A stretch of 64,000 bases of DNA from Eledone cirrhosa (GCA_964016885.1 OZ024740.1:224564001-224628000), one strand, 5' to 3'; shown: positions 14,578-28,838, counted from the first letter of the stretch. The notes: generated by a model from the letters alone, not told the origin. A program made the numbers and translations.

Positions 14578-15664
14578 GATGAAAATAATGAAGTTAAGAT
14601 AGTTTCCAAATGTTTTAGAATACCTGTTATCTTGAATGATCTGACTACATAATCCTTGTTTGTAAAGATAAAACATATTTAAAACAAAAACCTTCAGTCA
14701 GCAACTGCATTAACCCTTTAAGTACATTAATTAATGTTTGAGCATGTCACCATGACCACACATAAAAAAAGAATAAATAATAATGCTGAAAATTAGTATT
14801 ACAAAATTAAAATTTTATGATTTTTGAAAATGGTATGATGATCAGAATCTCTTATTGATAATGAGTTCTGTCTCTCAGCATACTTTCAGCATACCATTGA
14901 TCAATGTTGCCTGTACACAAGGAGTTAATTAAAAAATGGAAAACATTTAGGTTGTTTTACTATTTCCTTTTTGGACTATTTCTAATAATTTTATGCTTTT
15001 TATTCTATTTTTAACATTAAATATGTAAGATATAATTTATAAAATAATGGGCAGACATTTCTATTTTTCTAACGTTTAGCACACCATATTTTAGTATCGA
15101 TCATAAACCTTTATTACTTAATCTATCTAGAAATGATAAGATGGTAATAACACAGCAGTTCTTAGCCTAGTATCTGTTGACACTTGAGGGTCTGCAATGT
15201 TAGTACTGGTGATCGATTGACATTATTCTCTATGTATAAACATTTACCTCTAACAATCTAAGAGAGGAGTACTTACAGTAGGAGGAGTTTGTGATACATT
15301 CATTTAAATAAAAGTTGATCTTGGTCCTAAAAGTTTGAGAACTACTATTGTATCTACCTAGCATTTCAATATCTCTGTGCACAAAATTCCATACAATATT
15401 TTTCGACATCTTTATATTGGTACAAAATGTTATATAATGTTTTTGAATAAGAGTAATATTTCAGTAATCTTTGAAATGGAAATTGTTTCTGTTTTAATTT
15501 ACGTCCAGTTATACTTGTGAGGCTACGAATATGTGTTCAGAACCATGGGATTTTGGTTTCAACCTCAGTGCATATCATTTTGGACAAGTGTCTTCGACTA
15601 TACTTATGAACCAACTAATGCCTTGATGGAAGCTACAACTAAGTGCATACACACACACCCACAC

Positions 15665-15735
<71 letters not shown>

Positions 15736-16064
15736 ACTATGTATGTGCATGTTGTGAGATTATGGTTGTATGTTAATTTCCTCAAACATCATATGCTGCT
15801 GCAGATATGTCACAGGGAAAATAAGATTTGGCTGGTGTCATAAAGGGCATCTGGCTGTAGAAAGCCAGCCACTAAAAGCCTCATCTAACTGATACAAGCT
15901 GGGAAAAAGCAGGCATTAGAAATGATGATGACAATAACGATGATGATTTGCATAATGTGATCTGATATGTATATAAATAACTTTAGAGAATGTTCAGAAC
16001 AGTGTTGTAAATTACAATTTGCATTTTATGATAGATTATCTAAATAGTTTCAACAGTGTAAATG

Positions 16065-16326
16065 TGTTATTATGCATCAGGATTGCATGGATGGTTATCA
16101 ATGTGTGAAGATGTGCAAGGAAATGCCAGTGGAAGGAAGCTAGAGCAGAAGTAGAATGAGCAAGACTTGGGCAAAGGTGGTAAGAGCTGACCTGAAATTG
16201 CTGAGATGCACTGAGGGGATGATGAAAAAATGTTGCATATGGAGAGATGTTGAGCTGAAAAGGAGCCATCCAACCCATGCATGTGTGGAAAACGTATGTA
16301 AAAACGATGATAATGATGATGATGAC
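16065..16326 (+). mobile_element. RTE-type LINE extreme 3' end with (GAT)n tail
   Basis: Reads KTWAKVVRADLKLL...W then ccatccaacccatgcatgtgtggaaaacgtatgtaaaaacgatgat. It mirrors the 3' end at 50074-50330. Confidence 0.65.
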
Positions 16327-16818
16327 CCCATAAACAGCATGATATTGCACTGAAATGTGGGGATTATGAAAAAAGGCTAGTTGCAATATCTTTAAATCCA
16401 AATTCAACTGCATGCTTTATGAGAAGCTCCTACAATTTGTTGAGACAGGGTAACAATTACTTAAAAACAAACTCTTTTAAAACTGTTTTCCAAACTTCCC
16501 CTCTTGCTAGGAATCTCTGGATACATTTAAGTGATGAGCAGCTTAAAATATACCATATATACTGTCAGGTTATCCAGGTGGAAATAACCTTTAGTTTATT
16601 TATTAGCACCTTAGAAATCTTATTTCATGGAATAAAGTTCTCTGTTGGCTTATTCTATGAAAATGAGTAGCAAAGGAAATCAACTTAAGTGTTCCTACAT
16701 ACACACACACATATATGTATATATAGATAATACACACACACGCACACATATTTATATATATATTTATGCGTATATATATATGTGTATGTTTATTTATATA
16801 TATATGTGTGTGTATCTT

Positions 16819-16850
<32 letters not shown>

Positions 16851-17530
16851 TACACATTCATATATGCATATATACATCTATATATCTATATATATGTGCA
16901 TATGTCTAAAATGAGAGAAACAGATATCAGTAAGAAAAAAAACTGTCGTTGATTTACATAACCTTATACTTATGCTTTTCCCAGAACTATAATATTCTCA
17001 CCATGTTTACATAGAAATGCATAAAAGAGAAATTGAAAATAAATTGGGAAACAACGAATATTGAACTATGCTAAGATAGTTTAGATAAACAACTCTATTT
17101 TAAATTATTGAAAAAGTATCCAACTTCCTTTAGATTTCTGTATAAGGCAAACTATGACATATCACACGAATCTCAAAACAAGAACACAAGACAACAACAC
17201 TCAAAATACTTTTCTATCAAATGCAATTAAAATGAGATTGTGTATAAAAGGATAGTGATGTTTCAATCCTTTTTTGTGTGAGAAAAAACTATTTCATAAA
17301 TTTGCATAACATTATGACATTTCATATGAATTACATTGACAGAAAATTCATAAAGAATTTCTCAATTTAGTATAAACTTTTTTGAATAATAGATACAAAA
17401 ACAAAACAAAAAGCGATGGAGATTTGTGATATACATGTATTTCTTAAATCTATTAAAGCAGTGCAGTAAATGCAAGTATTTTCACTTTGAAACAAAATGT
17501 GTGTCATTTCTATAACAGTAAATAAAATTT

Positions 17531-17805
17531 GTTCACGCTCAGAGTTGCTGAAGCATGGAACAAACTACCTGCATCAGTTGTTAGCTGTCGAGAGACTGCA
17601 TCCTTTAAGGCCGCCATGCTTCCCGAGATCTGCCAACACTACAGCTAATGTTCGCCCTCCATACACATACACACATGTAGACCATGACTCATACACTATT
17701 CACTTCCCTGACATTTGTGTATTATTCTATGTACTATACCTTTGACGAATTGTAGTGCACCTGAGCACTTTAGACAATAATTTCATTATTATTATTATTA
17801 TTATT
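17531..17805 (+). mobile_element. CR1/L2-type LINE 3' end
   Basis: FTLRVAEAWNKLPASVVSCRETASFK (CR1-group C-terminal RVxxxWNxLP motif), then a short UTR and an (ATT)n tail. Confidence 0.8.
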
Positions 17806-18390
17806 ATATCAACTCAGCTTTAAAATAACTATATTGTAATTGATGATAAAATTAATGTTGAGTCATAGACTTGCCTTTGTCATACCTTGTCATTCTGATC
17901 AAAAACACAATCATTTTTTTAAATAATCAAGAATTTGATGAGATTTAGTAATATAACTAACTTTATTGTTATTTAGTTGGTGTTTAGAATATACTGTAAA
18001 AATTGTTCTTACATGTAAGATATGAATTTTAGTATGAACACATTAAAATCATCATAGAACTAGGGATGATTTCTGGTGGGTTGATATCAAAAGGGTTTAC
18101 TTGAGCTATAGTTAGAACCGTTTCTTCTCTGAGTATACAATAAAACAAAACACACAAGAGTAGAATACATGTCAATTAGACTAAGTATCTGGATTAAGAT
18201 TGGGCAAATTTTTTCTAGCAGTGGGCTGTATAAAATAGTGCACATCCTAAACTGGGCTACACTATTAACTAACAAATAAAATAATTAACATCATATGTAG
18301 TACAAAGTGCACAATATATTACATTAATCAAATATTTGAAATATATTAGAGCTAGGCCTAGTAAAAAGTATTATTATTTATATATCCATG

Positions 18391-18752
18391 GATTGGCAGT
18401 ATTGGTAGAGTGTCAGATGCCATGCTTTGGTGCATAGAGTTACGGCCCTTGCCATTCTGAGTTCAAATCCCGCCGAGGTTAACTTTGCCTTTCATCCTTA
18501 CGGGGTCGATAAAATAAAGTACCAGTAATACACTGGATAATTGCTGGCCTTGTGCCTAACGTAAAAACAATTATTTATATATCCATGATGTGAATTGGCA
18601 GTATCGGTAGAGGGTCGGACGCCATGCTTAGATGCATTCTGATTTCAAATCCTGTCGAGGTTAACTTTGCCTTTTATCCTTACGGGGGTCGATAAAATAA
18701 AGTACCAGTAATGCACTGGGTAATTGCTGGCGTTGTGCCGAAAGAAGAAAGA
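18391..18752 (+). mobile_element. Two tandem SINE copies (family A)
   Basis: Each has a tRNA-like A/B box head and the CTTTCATCCTTACGGGGTCGATAAAATAAAGTACCAG centre. They are delimited by three copies of ATTATTTATATATCCATG (18373, 18570, 18753). Confidence 0.9.
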
Positions 18753-18994
18753 ATTATTTATATATCCATGATATTATGCAAGCTGTATGTGAAATTATAA
18801 GAAGAGATATGGAACCCAATTGTTGCAGGCTGCTCATGTTTTTGTAGAGAGAAAACATTAATGACATAAGATTGGGTTAACCCTCAGAATGGAAACAATG
18901 TATACCTTATTCTATATTTATTCCAAATACATTTTTACACAATATTACTTAACTCACTTTTATCCCCACTGAAAAAAAACCCCAGGGATTTATA

Positions 18995-19765
18995 GATATA
19001 TAGGAAAAGTGTAGGTAGAAATTCCATCCACTGTCCCAATGAAAACTATCAGTACATAAGAGATGTAATAGATCTCAGGTAGTTTAGCTAAGAACATAGG
19101 TTTTACATGTAGCTGTTGTACATGAGCAGTAAGTCGTAAATGACCACAGGAAACAAGCACTATCAAATTCTGGGGAAGTTTGGTTGAAGTGGTAGACAGC
19201 TTGTGCTACCTAAGTGACCAAATTAGCAACAGAGGTGGGTGTTCTTAAAGTACAATAGACAGAGTGAGGACACAATGGAAGAAGTTCAGGGAGCTACTAC
19301 CACTGTTAGCTACAAAAGGCTTTTCCCTCAGGAAAAGGCAGATTGTACAATGCAAGTGTACGAGCAACAATTTTGCATGGTACTGAGGCCTGGGTGGTGA
19401 GTGCAGAGAACTTACGAATATTGGAAAGAAATGAAGCTGGCATGCTTCAATTGATGTGTAATAGTGATATACGTGAATGGCAAAGCATAAAGGAACTGAA
19501 AGAGAAACTAACTATAAGAAGAATTGGATGCAGTGTGCATTGGTATGGACATGTGATGCTTAGGAAGGATCACAGCTGTATAAAAAGGTATAGAGCATTC
19601 AAAGTTGATGGAAGCTATGGAGTAGGGAGACCTAGGAAGATTTGGGATGAGGTGATAAAAACTGAGCTTGCACAATCACACCTCTCAAAGTCAATGATAC
19701 AGCACTGGGACCTCTGGCATTATGCATTAATACAGAAGACCCACCTTCCCATGAGTACAGGCTGA
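18995..19765 (+). mobile_element. Degraded RTE-type LINE, C-terminal RT region
   Basis: CYLSDQISNRGGC, WKKFRELLPLL, YNASVRATILHGTEAW, WYGHVM and GRPRKIW motifs with stops and frameshifts. Confidence 0.85.
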
Positions 19766-21744
19766 AACATACATCTGGTATGGACCACATTCACCTTCAA
19801 CTCACACACCTCCCATGTCCTAACAATCTGCCCCTCACACACGCCCATATATCCATCGCCCTAATCCCCACACATCCTTTCAACCAAAACCTCGAGCCCA
19901 CACTGTAAAGTGGTTGTTTAGGTCTCACGGCAAAATGCACGCAGTATTCACTGAGAATGTGGTTGGCTTTAGGATGAACATGCAGCCATAGAAACCAAGC
20001 CAAAATCAGTTTTGTAAGACATGGTCATCGGACCTCAACTTGCCTCAAATAGGACAAACTGATTAACCCATGCTAGCTTGGAAAATGGACGTTAAAAATT
20101 GATGATGATGATGATGATACCATATATCCAGAGATATAGAAAAGTTTAACATTACTCCATATCCATTTTGTTTTCAGTTCAAAGTGTTTAATGGATTAAT
20201 CTATAGTCTTTTGGCACTCTTAATTTAAAAAAAATTACTCTTGTTACCTTCTAACATTGTTTCTTGAAATTTAGTACATCTTGGCATCATTCCATTTATT
20301 TTTACTTTTATGAATCATTAAATTGTATAGTATTTAATGTAAATAAAACTCCTAGCACTTGTTTGTGAGGCCAGTCTTATCCTTTTTGCTTAAGAGCTAC
20401 ATGAACATTTATCAGTATAAGCCTTAAATTATCATGCTTTCATTTTTCAAGTGAACACTTTTACTATTTTGGAACATCTCCATATTTTCAGATTTAGGTG
20501 CTATAGCAATTTTATAATAATAAGGAACTTTTAATATATACTGCAGTCTCTGGTAGAGATATCTGCATTTCACATAAAATTAATGTTTTCTGCAGCTTAT
20601 TATACTGTACCTTTAAATTTTGTTTTACTTGAGATCTAAGGTTTATCAGATATTTGACAACCCAACTGCACCAACGTACCCTAGATCAAATCTTTTAAAT
20701 TCATACTTAAACTTTATGTTCTTAAACGTATACCTTTCATATTTCTTTTCTAAATTAATTTCAGTGTTTTCATTTCTATATATCATTCCTTCTTATATGA
20801 GGTGTATATATTTTTCTGTGTATATTTAATTTGAAATAATTATAGCATATCCCTATATGGCTTGGTAGTAGAAAAGGTTTATAGCTGTAAAACATTGCTT
20901 AATAAATGATCTAATGATGGAGGTGAAATTGCCACAGTAGGGAAAAATGACCTTCAAATACTTGTTAGTCATTTCAAAAGTATGAAAAACATTGTTTTAA
21001 ACCATAAACTACTACTTTTGTAAAGAATTCATTTACCCATAATTATAGTTTAAACATTTGTATCCACTTGTTTCTAGGTAGTATTTAACATTATATAGAA
21101 GTTTATATATCACACTACTAATGCTTAAATTATTAGCTGTTGTTGGTGGCATTTGTGGGTAGCCTCAACCCAACTCTAATTCCCTGACATTATCACCTTT
21201 TTAATGTTGTATAGGGTTATCTTTTTTAATGTATTTTATTTTTCTTATACAAGATTTGGTTGCTATTTCTGTTGGATAAATTGACATGTAGAGACTTTCC
21301 AATTAAAGCATTAAATTCTTGTAAGCCTATTACTGTATTCTCTTGTACCATTGAATATCTTGGATTTCTTAAATCTCGTATTCTGACTCACCAAATGAAC
21401 AAAAACATTTATGTTTTTAATGAATGAATGCCCAGTTATTAACTTATAATTTAATTTCATAATCAAACTGTTACATTGATTGCACAATTGGAACACTCAA
21501 ACTAATGAAGGTCTAATCCATTCAATAAATATTCATATATTTGCATTTGTATAACTTTTGTTGATGTACAAAAGCAAAGGATATAAACTTTGGTGAGAAA
21601 ACTAGAAAGCTATTCAACATTTGTGATATAATATAAACAAATACACACACACACACACATATATGAAATAAGAGTAGTTAAAACGGTATTATTTCACCAT
21701 AATTGCTTTATTACATGATATATATTTTTGTATTATTATGTATT

Positions 21745-23250
21745 ACAATGTGAAAACCAAAATCGAGAGGTGTTCAGGTTGGCAAGGCAATTTGTCGAGG
21801 AAAACCGTGATGTTGTCGGGGAGAAATGCATCTGTAATGACAATGGCACACTTTCCCTCACCAACACTAAAAAGAAAGTTGCTGAACAGAAGGTGCAGCT
21901 GTATGGGTAAGCACCAGCCTAGTGAGTAAGGCAACTAAGAACATGAACACAAGTAAAGCTGCCGGACCATTGGGAATAGTTGCTGAGATGTTGAAGGCAT
22001 CTAGGTTGGTAAGACATGCTCTAACTACCTTTGTTGTAAACCAAGTAATACAGAATAGTGTCATTCCTAAAAAACTAGAATAATAATATCATTGTCAACT
22101 GTTACAAAAGAAAAGGAGTTGCCTTAGAGAGAAGTAACTTTAGAGGCATCAAGCTGATTGACCAGGACATGAAAGTTACAGAAAGAGTCATCACACAATG
22201 GATTAGAGATTGTATACTCCCAGATGAGATGCAGTTTGGATTTGTGCTGGGAAAAATCTCAACCAAGGTCCCCTTCCTTGTGAAGCTAATGCAGGAGAAG
22301 TACTTGGTTAAAAGCAAGCCACTCTACTTAACATTTATGGACCTAGAGAAAGCTTTTGACAGACTCCCTCGATCTATAATCTGCTGGGTTCTAGAAAATA
22401 AGCAGTAGATGAGTGGCACATGAGAGCACTACAAGCCATGTACAGTGGGAGGGGGTCACCAGCAAAGTTAAAATAAACCATGAGTACAGTGAGGAATTTA
22501 GTGTACAAGTGGGAGTCCACCAAGGATCTGTCCCTTCTCTTCATCAATGTCCTACAGGCTGTAACAGAGGAATTTTAGACTGGTTGCCATAGGAACTCCT
22601 ATACACTGACGATCTGATTCTCATAGGTGATTCTATGACATAATTAAAGAAGAGATTTCCAATATGGAGGCACAACTTGGAAATAAAAGGCTTTAATGTC
22701 AACTTGGCAAAAGCCAAAATCCTAGTGAGCAGAAAAGAAAACAGGGCTCTGATGCTCTCAGGGAATTGACACTGTGCTGTGTGCATGAAAGGAGTAGGCA
22801 GAAACTCAATCCAATGTCCCAAATGCAAATTGTGAATACACTAGTGGTGTAGTGGGAAATCAGGTAGGCTATCAAAAACTACAGACTTCATATGTGGACA
22901 CTGCACAGGGCAGTAAGCAAAGGCCCTTAAAAAACAATCTCCTTTAAATGCACAGAGGACCCCATAGAAATAGTTTATAGCTTTTGCTACCTGGGTAACC
23001 AAATCAGCAGCAGAGGCAATGCACACAAAGTACAGTTGCCAAAGTAGGAACTGAATGGAAAAAGTGTAGGGAGTTACTGCTGCTAGTTACAAAAGGCATA
23101 TCACTCAAGATAAAAGGCAATCTGCATGATGCCTGTGTGCACAGAGCAATGCTACATGGAAGTGATACATTGGCACTGCACGCGAAGGATCTACAAAGAT
23201 GGGAAAGGAATGACACCTGCATGCTCAGATGGATATGTAACACATAAATC
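21745..23250 (+). mobile_element. Degraded RTE-type LINE reverse transcriptase region
   Basis: KAAGPLGI, NFRGIKLIDQDMKV, QFGFVLG, FMDLEKAFDR, GVHQGS, LYTDDL and FCYLG motifs with several stops. A Cys/His-rich insert lies at 22773-22910. Confidence 0.9.
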
Positions 23251-24944
23251 TTCACAGCTCTAACATCCCTTTTTCATAGTCAGCCTATGAACATTTTAGC
23301 TGAGCCTTGTATATAAACTTAGTTTAGGATCTTCAAGAACTCTTAGAATATAGATCAATCCTGCTTATCAGGATTTTATAATTGGATCCAGTTATTAAAA
23401 GAGTATATTAAATCTGTTTATGATAATCCTCACTCCCATAAGTCATGCAAGGTGTTTGTTAACAAAAATGTCAGCAGACTGGTTTCATGAAACAGTTATC
23501 TTTCTCACTTTCCTCTCCTCGTATCCCAATCTTTGCCTTTCCCATCCATCTCTGCAGAGAGATATTTTACCTGTTATCATTAAATCTATTTGCCAACATT
23601 CAACCTTTATAGTTACATATACGTAAATAGATTTAATGATAAAGTTTAAAATATCGCTCTGCAGTAAATAATAACAGGTGCCTGCAATCCGTAAGTTTAA
23701 TAGATAGAGCAATAGAACTATTAATTGTAATAATGTAAAATCTACAATAATGAAATCTATTTTACTAAACCCCTTAATAACAAACTTGAGTGAAATTAAT
23801 GGCCTAATGCCAATAAGGAAGTAAGTATATAATTAGCAGTAAATGAATAAATAAAGACACCTGTTTACTATTCCAAAACAATTGTAATATTCAAATCTAA
23901 ACCAGGATAGACTCTAACTACAAACAACATTTGATACCACTAAAACTAATTCTTTAATATGTCTATCATTTTTCTTCAAGCTTATTCCCTCGATTTTATC
24001 AATGAGAAACTCCATCTAATCATGAATATAAGTTTGTAAATCTCTCACATACTTGTTCAGACAAGTATGTATTTTAGGTGGGTTGGTAATAGAAATTTCC
24101 AACCCACCTAAAAAATGTCCCTACTATATATCTGTTGAATTACTATTCTTGGGGTTTTTATTTATTTATTTTTTTTTTTTTTTTTTATTTATTTTATTTA
24201 TTTATTTATTCATTTATCTATTTATTCATTTATTTATTTATTTACTTATTTATTTATTTCAAAAAAGCACTCTGGCTAATTGACCACTCCCCAAAGAAAA
24301 AACGGCCTATGCCATGAAGTGGTCCTGTGTATCTAAATACCCCCACCCCCATCCACCACCCCTCCTTACCTAAATGTATAAATACCAGAACTTAATATGA
24401 CACCCAGCTTCCTGAAGATTTCATCTGAATGAAACAGTACTAGTCCTGTAGAAGCTCCTTCTATAAAATAAAAAAATGTTTACTCTGCCATGTATTGAGT
24501 ACCTTACTTACTGTGGTTATCCCCGACTCAACCCGGGACCTACGTATATATATATATCGTTTCAGCATGTCTGGAGTATTTCATCAATTGTGGAGAAAAA
24601 TCATATCATATTGGTTGTGCTATCGGGGGTGATAATAATGATGATATAAATATATACATATATGTCTTTGTGAGAAGGTTTCAGCATGGCCAGCTGGCCT
24701 GTCCCTTCTGATAACGGTGCCATCCAGTTTCACACTGAAATGTGGTTTGTGTTAGGAAGAGCATCCAGCTGTAAAAACCCTGGTCACATTTACAGTCTCA
24801 TTGAAGCAAGATACAGCAGAGCCAGTTCAGGCCAAACGTGGATGACCCATCTGACCTATGCAAGCATCGAAAATAGACATTAAACTGAGATGATGATGAT
24901 GTATTTGTAAGTATGCATATTTGTGTCTAATATGCACTAATCTA

Positions 24945-25260
24945 TTCTTCATCTTCTTCATCGTTCACTTATTCCTGGGAAGGTCGTGGGAGGCAGAGTC
25001 CTCAACACTTGTTCCAGCAGGTCTTGTCAGGAGCAACTCTAGACCAGAGAAGCTTTTGAATGTTATTCAAAAATCTTGTGTGGGGTCCACCTCTATGACT
25101 CCCGCTAGTTGGTTTCACCCATAAAATCTGACCAGCAATTCTTTCCTAAGATATTCTAACCAAATGCCCATAGTATCGGAGCTGTGATCTCTCAACTAAG
25201 AAAACTCTCTCATCTCCGAGCTATGCATTCTATTGAGTAATGTTCCTCCCAAAACTCTAT
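24945..25260 (-). mobile_element. RTE-type LINE 3' fragment
   Basis: Shares sequence with 6997-7345 (cccatagtatc..agctgtgatctctcaa, gagctatgca). Minus frame contains VKPTSGSHRGGPHTRF. Confidence 0.55.
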
Positions 25261-25831
25261 ATAGTTGAATTCTAATTATATTCCCTTGCTGGTATTACAG
25301 TAGTAATTTTTCCATTTCTTTCTACTGTTAATCACTAAGCATCAATTATGAATTTTTAACCAAATTTGACAGTCAGACAAACCTATAAAAGCACAGTTAT
25401 GTTTCTTGCCAACGTTGATATATCTACTGTTATTACAGCAAGATTTTAATTCATCCTCGTGTAATCAATTGTCAAAGACCTTAAAAGAAAAGCACTAGCT
25501 CCATTTACTTCTTTCTACATATATATATATATTTATATGTGTGTGTGTGTGTGAGTACATAAAGACACACAGTATATGTGTATGCACATCTGCATACACA
25601 TATACTGATGATGTCTGCAGTAAAAAATAATTCCTTTCATCTTTTTTGTCTTGCTTTCAAATGAAGAACTAAAATCTAAATGTCAAATCTCTTTTATTTC
25701 TTCTTCTAAATGATAAATACGTTAGAGCGTTGGGCACCATGCTTTGCAGCATAGGGTTACGCTCCTTTATGATCTGAGTTCAAATCCCACTGAGGTTAGC
25801 TTTGCCTTTCATCCTTAAAGGGTCAATAAAA

Positions 25832-26972
25832 TATTTATTTGATTCCTTTACCCGTTTCGCAGTTCTTCTGCTTTTCAAAAGTGGAATTGAGATGTAGTGT
25901 TTGTGTTTTTTCTCACATCTGATTGTTCTTTGAATGTTACTTCTGTTTTATGTGGAATAAAAGTGGCTCGTAATTCTAGGTTTTTAGAGAATTTGGTTGG
26001 TTGGTGAATAAGTATAATAAATTTTGTGCCAGTTCGCGTTACAAAGTTCTTATTATATTTGCCTTAAAAAAAAAAGGGGGAGGGCTCAGGTTGTTTTTTC
26101 ATATATGAGTAAAGTTTGGTTGGTTGATGCAATCAGGTGAATAAGCGCATCAGGTTTCGTGCCAGTTTGTGTTTGAATTTCTTTTTACTTAAAAAAAGGT
26201 GGCTCACAAAGACTTTTTTATAAAGGTAATTTGATTGGTTATAAATGAAATTATGACTGTCACGTGAACATTAAATTTAGCGCCCGTATTTGGGAATTTA
26301 TTTATTTATATTGGGGAATTTATTTATAAATAAATAAATTCCCAAATACGGGCACAAAATGTACTTGTTCACGTGACAGTCATAATTTCCTTTATAACCA
26401 ATCAAATTAGATTTCAGCACATCAGTCATACTCAGAACAACTCTCTCCATCCCTATTTCTTGGCACAAAATTCTCTAAATGGCTACAAAAAATTTCCAAA
26501 ATACAAGCGCGAAAATGTAATGTACTTGTTCATGTGACAGTCATAATTTCATTTATAACCAATCAAATTACATTTATAAAAAAAAAGCCTTCGTGAGCCA
26601 CCTTTTTTTAAGTAAAAAAAAATTCAAACACAAACTGGCACGAAAGCTGATGCGCTTATTCACGTGACTGCATCAACCAACCAAACTTCGCTCATATATG
26701 AAAAAACAACCTGAGCCCCTCCCCCCCTTTTTTTTTGAAGGCAAATATAATAAGAACTTTGTAACGCGAACTGGCGCGAAATTTAATATACTTATTCACC
26801 AACCAACCAATTACTTCTCTAAAAACCTAGCATTTCGACCCACTTTTTCCATATAAAACAGAAGTAACATTCAAAGAGCAACCAGATGTGAGAAAAACCA
26901 CAAAACCTCCTTCTCAATTCTACTTTTGAAAAGCAGAAGAACTGCAAAACCAGTAAAGGAACCAAATAAATA
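25832..26972. mobile_element. Foldback / long-TIR non-autonomous DNA element
   Basis: About 450 bp imperfect inverted arms (~25834-26290 vs ~26500-26970), TA at both ends and a nested internal hairpin at 26228-26409. It abuts a truncated family-A SINE (25720-25831). Confidence 0.8.
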
Positions 26973-27057
26973 TATTTAAAAAATAAAAAAGACTCCAGTT
27001 GCATTTTCGATTTTATCATTTTTACCTATATATAAACATATATTTATATACATATGA

Positions 27058-27660
27058 GATGGAGCAAGGGGGCTCCTTAGGGACAGTTGACTGATTATGT
27101 TACCTAGGTGATCAAATTAGGATACATTGAAAGTGTGGTAGCTAGGATAACAAGCTAGAAGACATTTAGAGAGCTGTTACTGCTGCTGACAACAAAGAGT
27201 CTCTATGATATGTCTATTAAAGGCAAAACATAAAAACGTTAAGGGTAGACTGTATGATGCCTGCATGAGAAACTGCAATGCTACATGGCAGTGTTTCACG
27301 AGCCTTGATTGCAGATAACCCGCAAAGGCTAGAAAGAATGTGTTGCATATGCCCTGACAGATGTGGAACAATGATGTACAAGAGAACCATGCCATAAGCA
27401 AACTGAGGGGAAAACATGGCATAAGAGGAATTGGATGTAGTGTACAAGAGAGAAATCTACATTGGTATGATCATGTAATGCTTATGGAAGAGAGCAGCTG
27501 CATAAAGAAATGCAGAGAAACCGACATGGCTGGGATCCATGGAAGAGGTAGGCCCAGGAAGATATAGGATGGGGTTGTGACAACCGACCATAACAAATTT
27601 AACCTCACAACAGAAATGACAAAGGACGGTGGGGACTAATTCTATGCTTGCTTGTGAAAA
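27058..27660 (+). mobile_element. Degraded RTE-type LINE C-terminal fragment
   Basis: YLGDQI, LYDACMR..AMLHGS, LHWYDHVM and GRGRPRKI motifs. Confidence 0.8.
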
Positions 27661-28838
27661 TCCAGCCTACCGCATATAATGTGGTCTGACTTATCCCCAT
27701 GTACCCCTCCCACTAGAACTCCCTAACAATTATTTTCACCATCATCACACCATATCCCATCTCTCTCTCTCTGTATATATATTTACATACACAGAGAAAC
27801 ACATACAGACACACTCACACATGTATATATATATATAGTCATCTATACTACTAAATTAAACATGAAAGAATGTAGAAAAATAAAAGAAAACCACCTAAAG
27901 CTGTAGCTGTCAAACTGCTAAAGTCATTTGCTTGAAAATAACACTTAAACCTTCTAGATAAATATAATTTTAGCCTTTTCTTCTAATAAAATAAGGAATG
28001 AAAGGAATAATAGTGTGAGGTGTGGGTTGGCATGGAATATCATGTCTATTAAAGGCAAAATATAAAAACTTTAAAATCGAAAAGGCTCTTATTTTATATG
28101 CAGGAAAGATAATTTATTTTTAGAAAAGATAATAACTATAATAGACTTTAATTGGAAATAAATAATAATTTTATTGTTATATGCATTTTTAAAAAATGTG
28201 TGTCATTTTATATTTATTTTTTAGTTATTTGTGAGTAGAAAGAATATTTTAATATACAGCACTGCTGATTCTGAAATTTAAAAAAATTACATCTTTAAAG
28301 ATAGAATATATATGGGTGGAAGGATATAAATGATAAAAGTTTTTTTGTACAAATTTATATGCATTTACCTATATAGATATAGGAAAGCACATAAAATGTA
28401 AAATTACAAATACTCATAAAAGCATGCATGCACACATACAGAAACACATATAGACATACGCTAACACAGGGTTAAACCACATGCATTCTACACACATAGT
28501 TTTATTTATTTAAGCATTTTCAAACCTGACAGTTATGGTCATGCTGGAAGATACAAATAATAATGCAAATATAAGTATACATACACACACACAAGAACAT
28601 ACACATACAGATATAATTCTTAAACTTTTCCATCAACTCAACTTTCTTGCTGGATATGCATTCATCAAATGTTATATCAACAAATATATTTTGAATTACA
28701 TACAGTATTAAATATCAAATATATATATATATACACCGGACCAATGAAACATTTGTTACTTGGAATAAACCCTAATGTATAGCTGATCGATGTTATCCTT
28801 CACTCCTTTATTATATATATATATATATATATTATATA

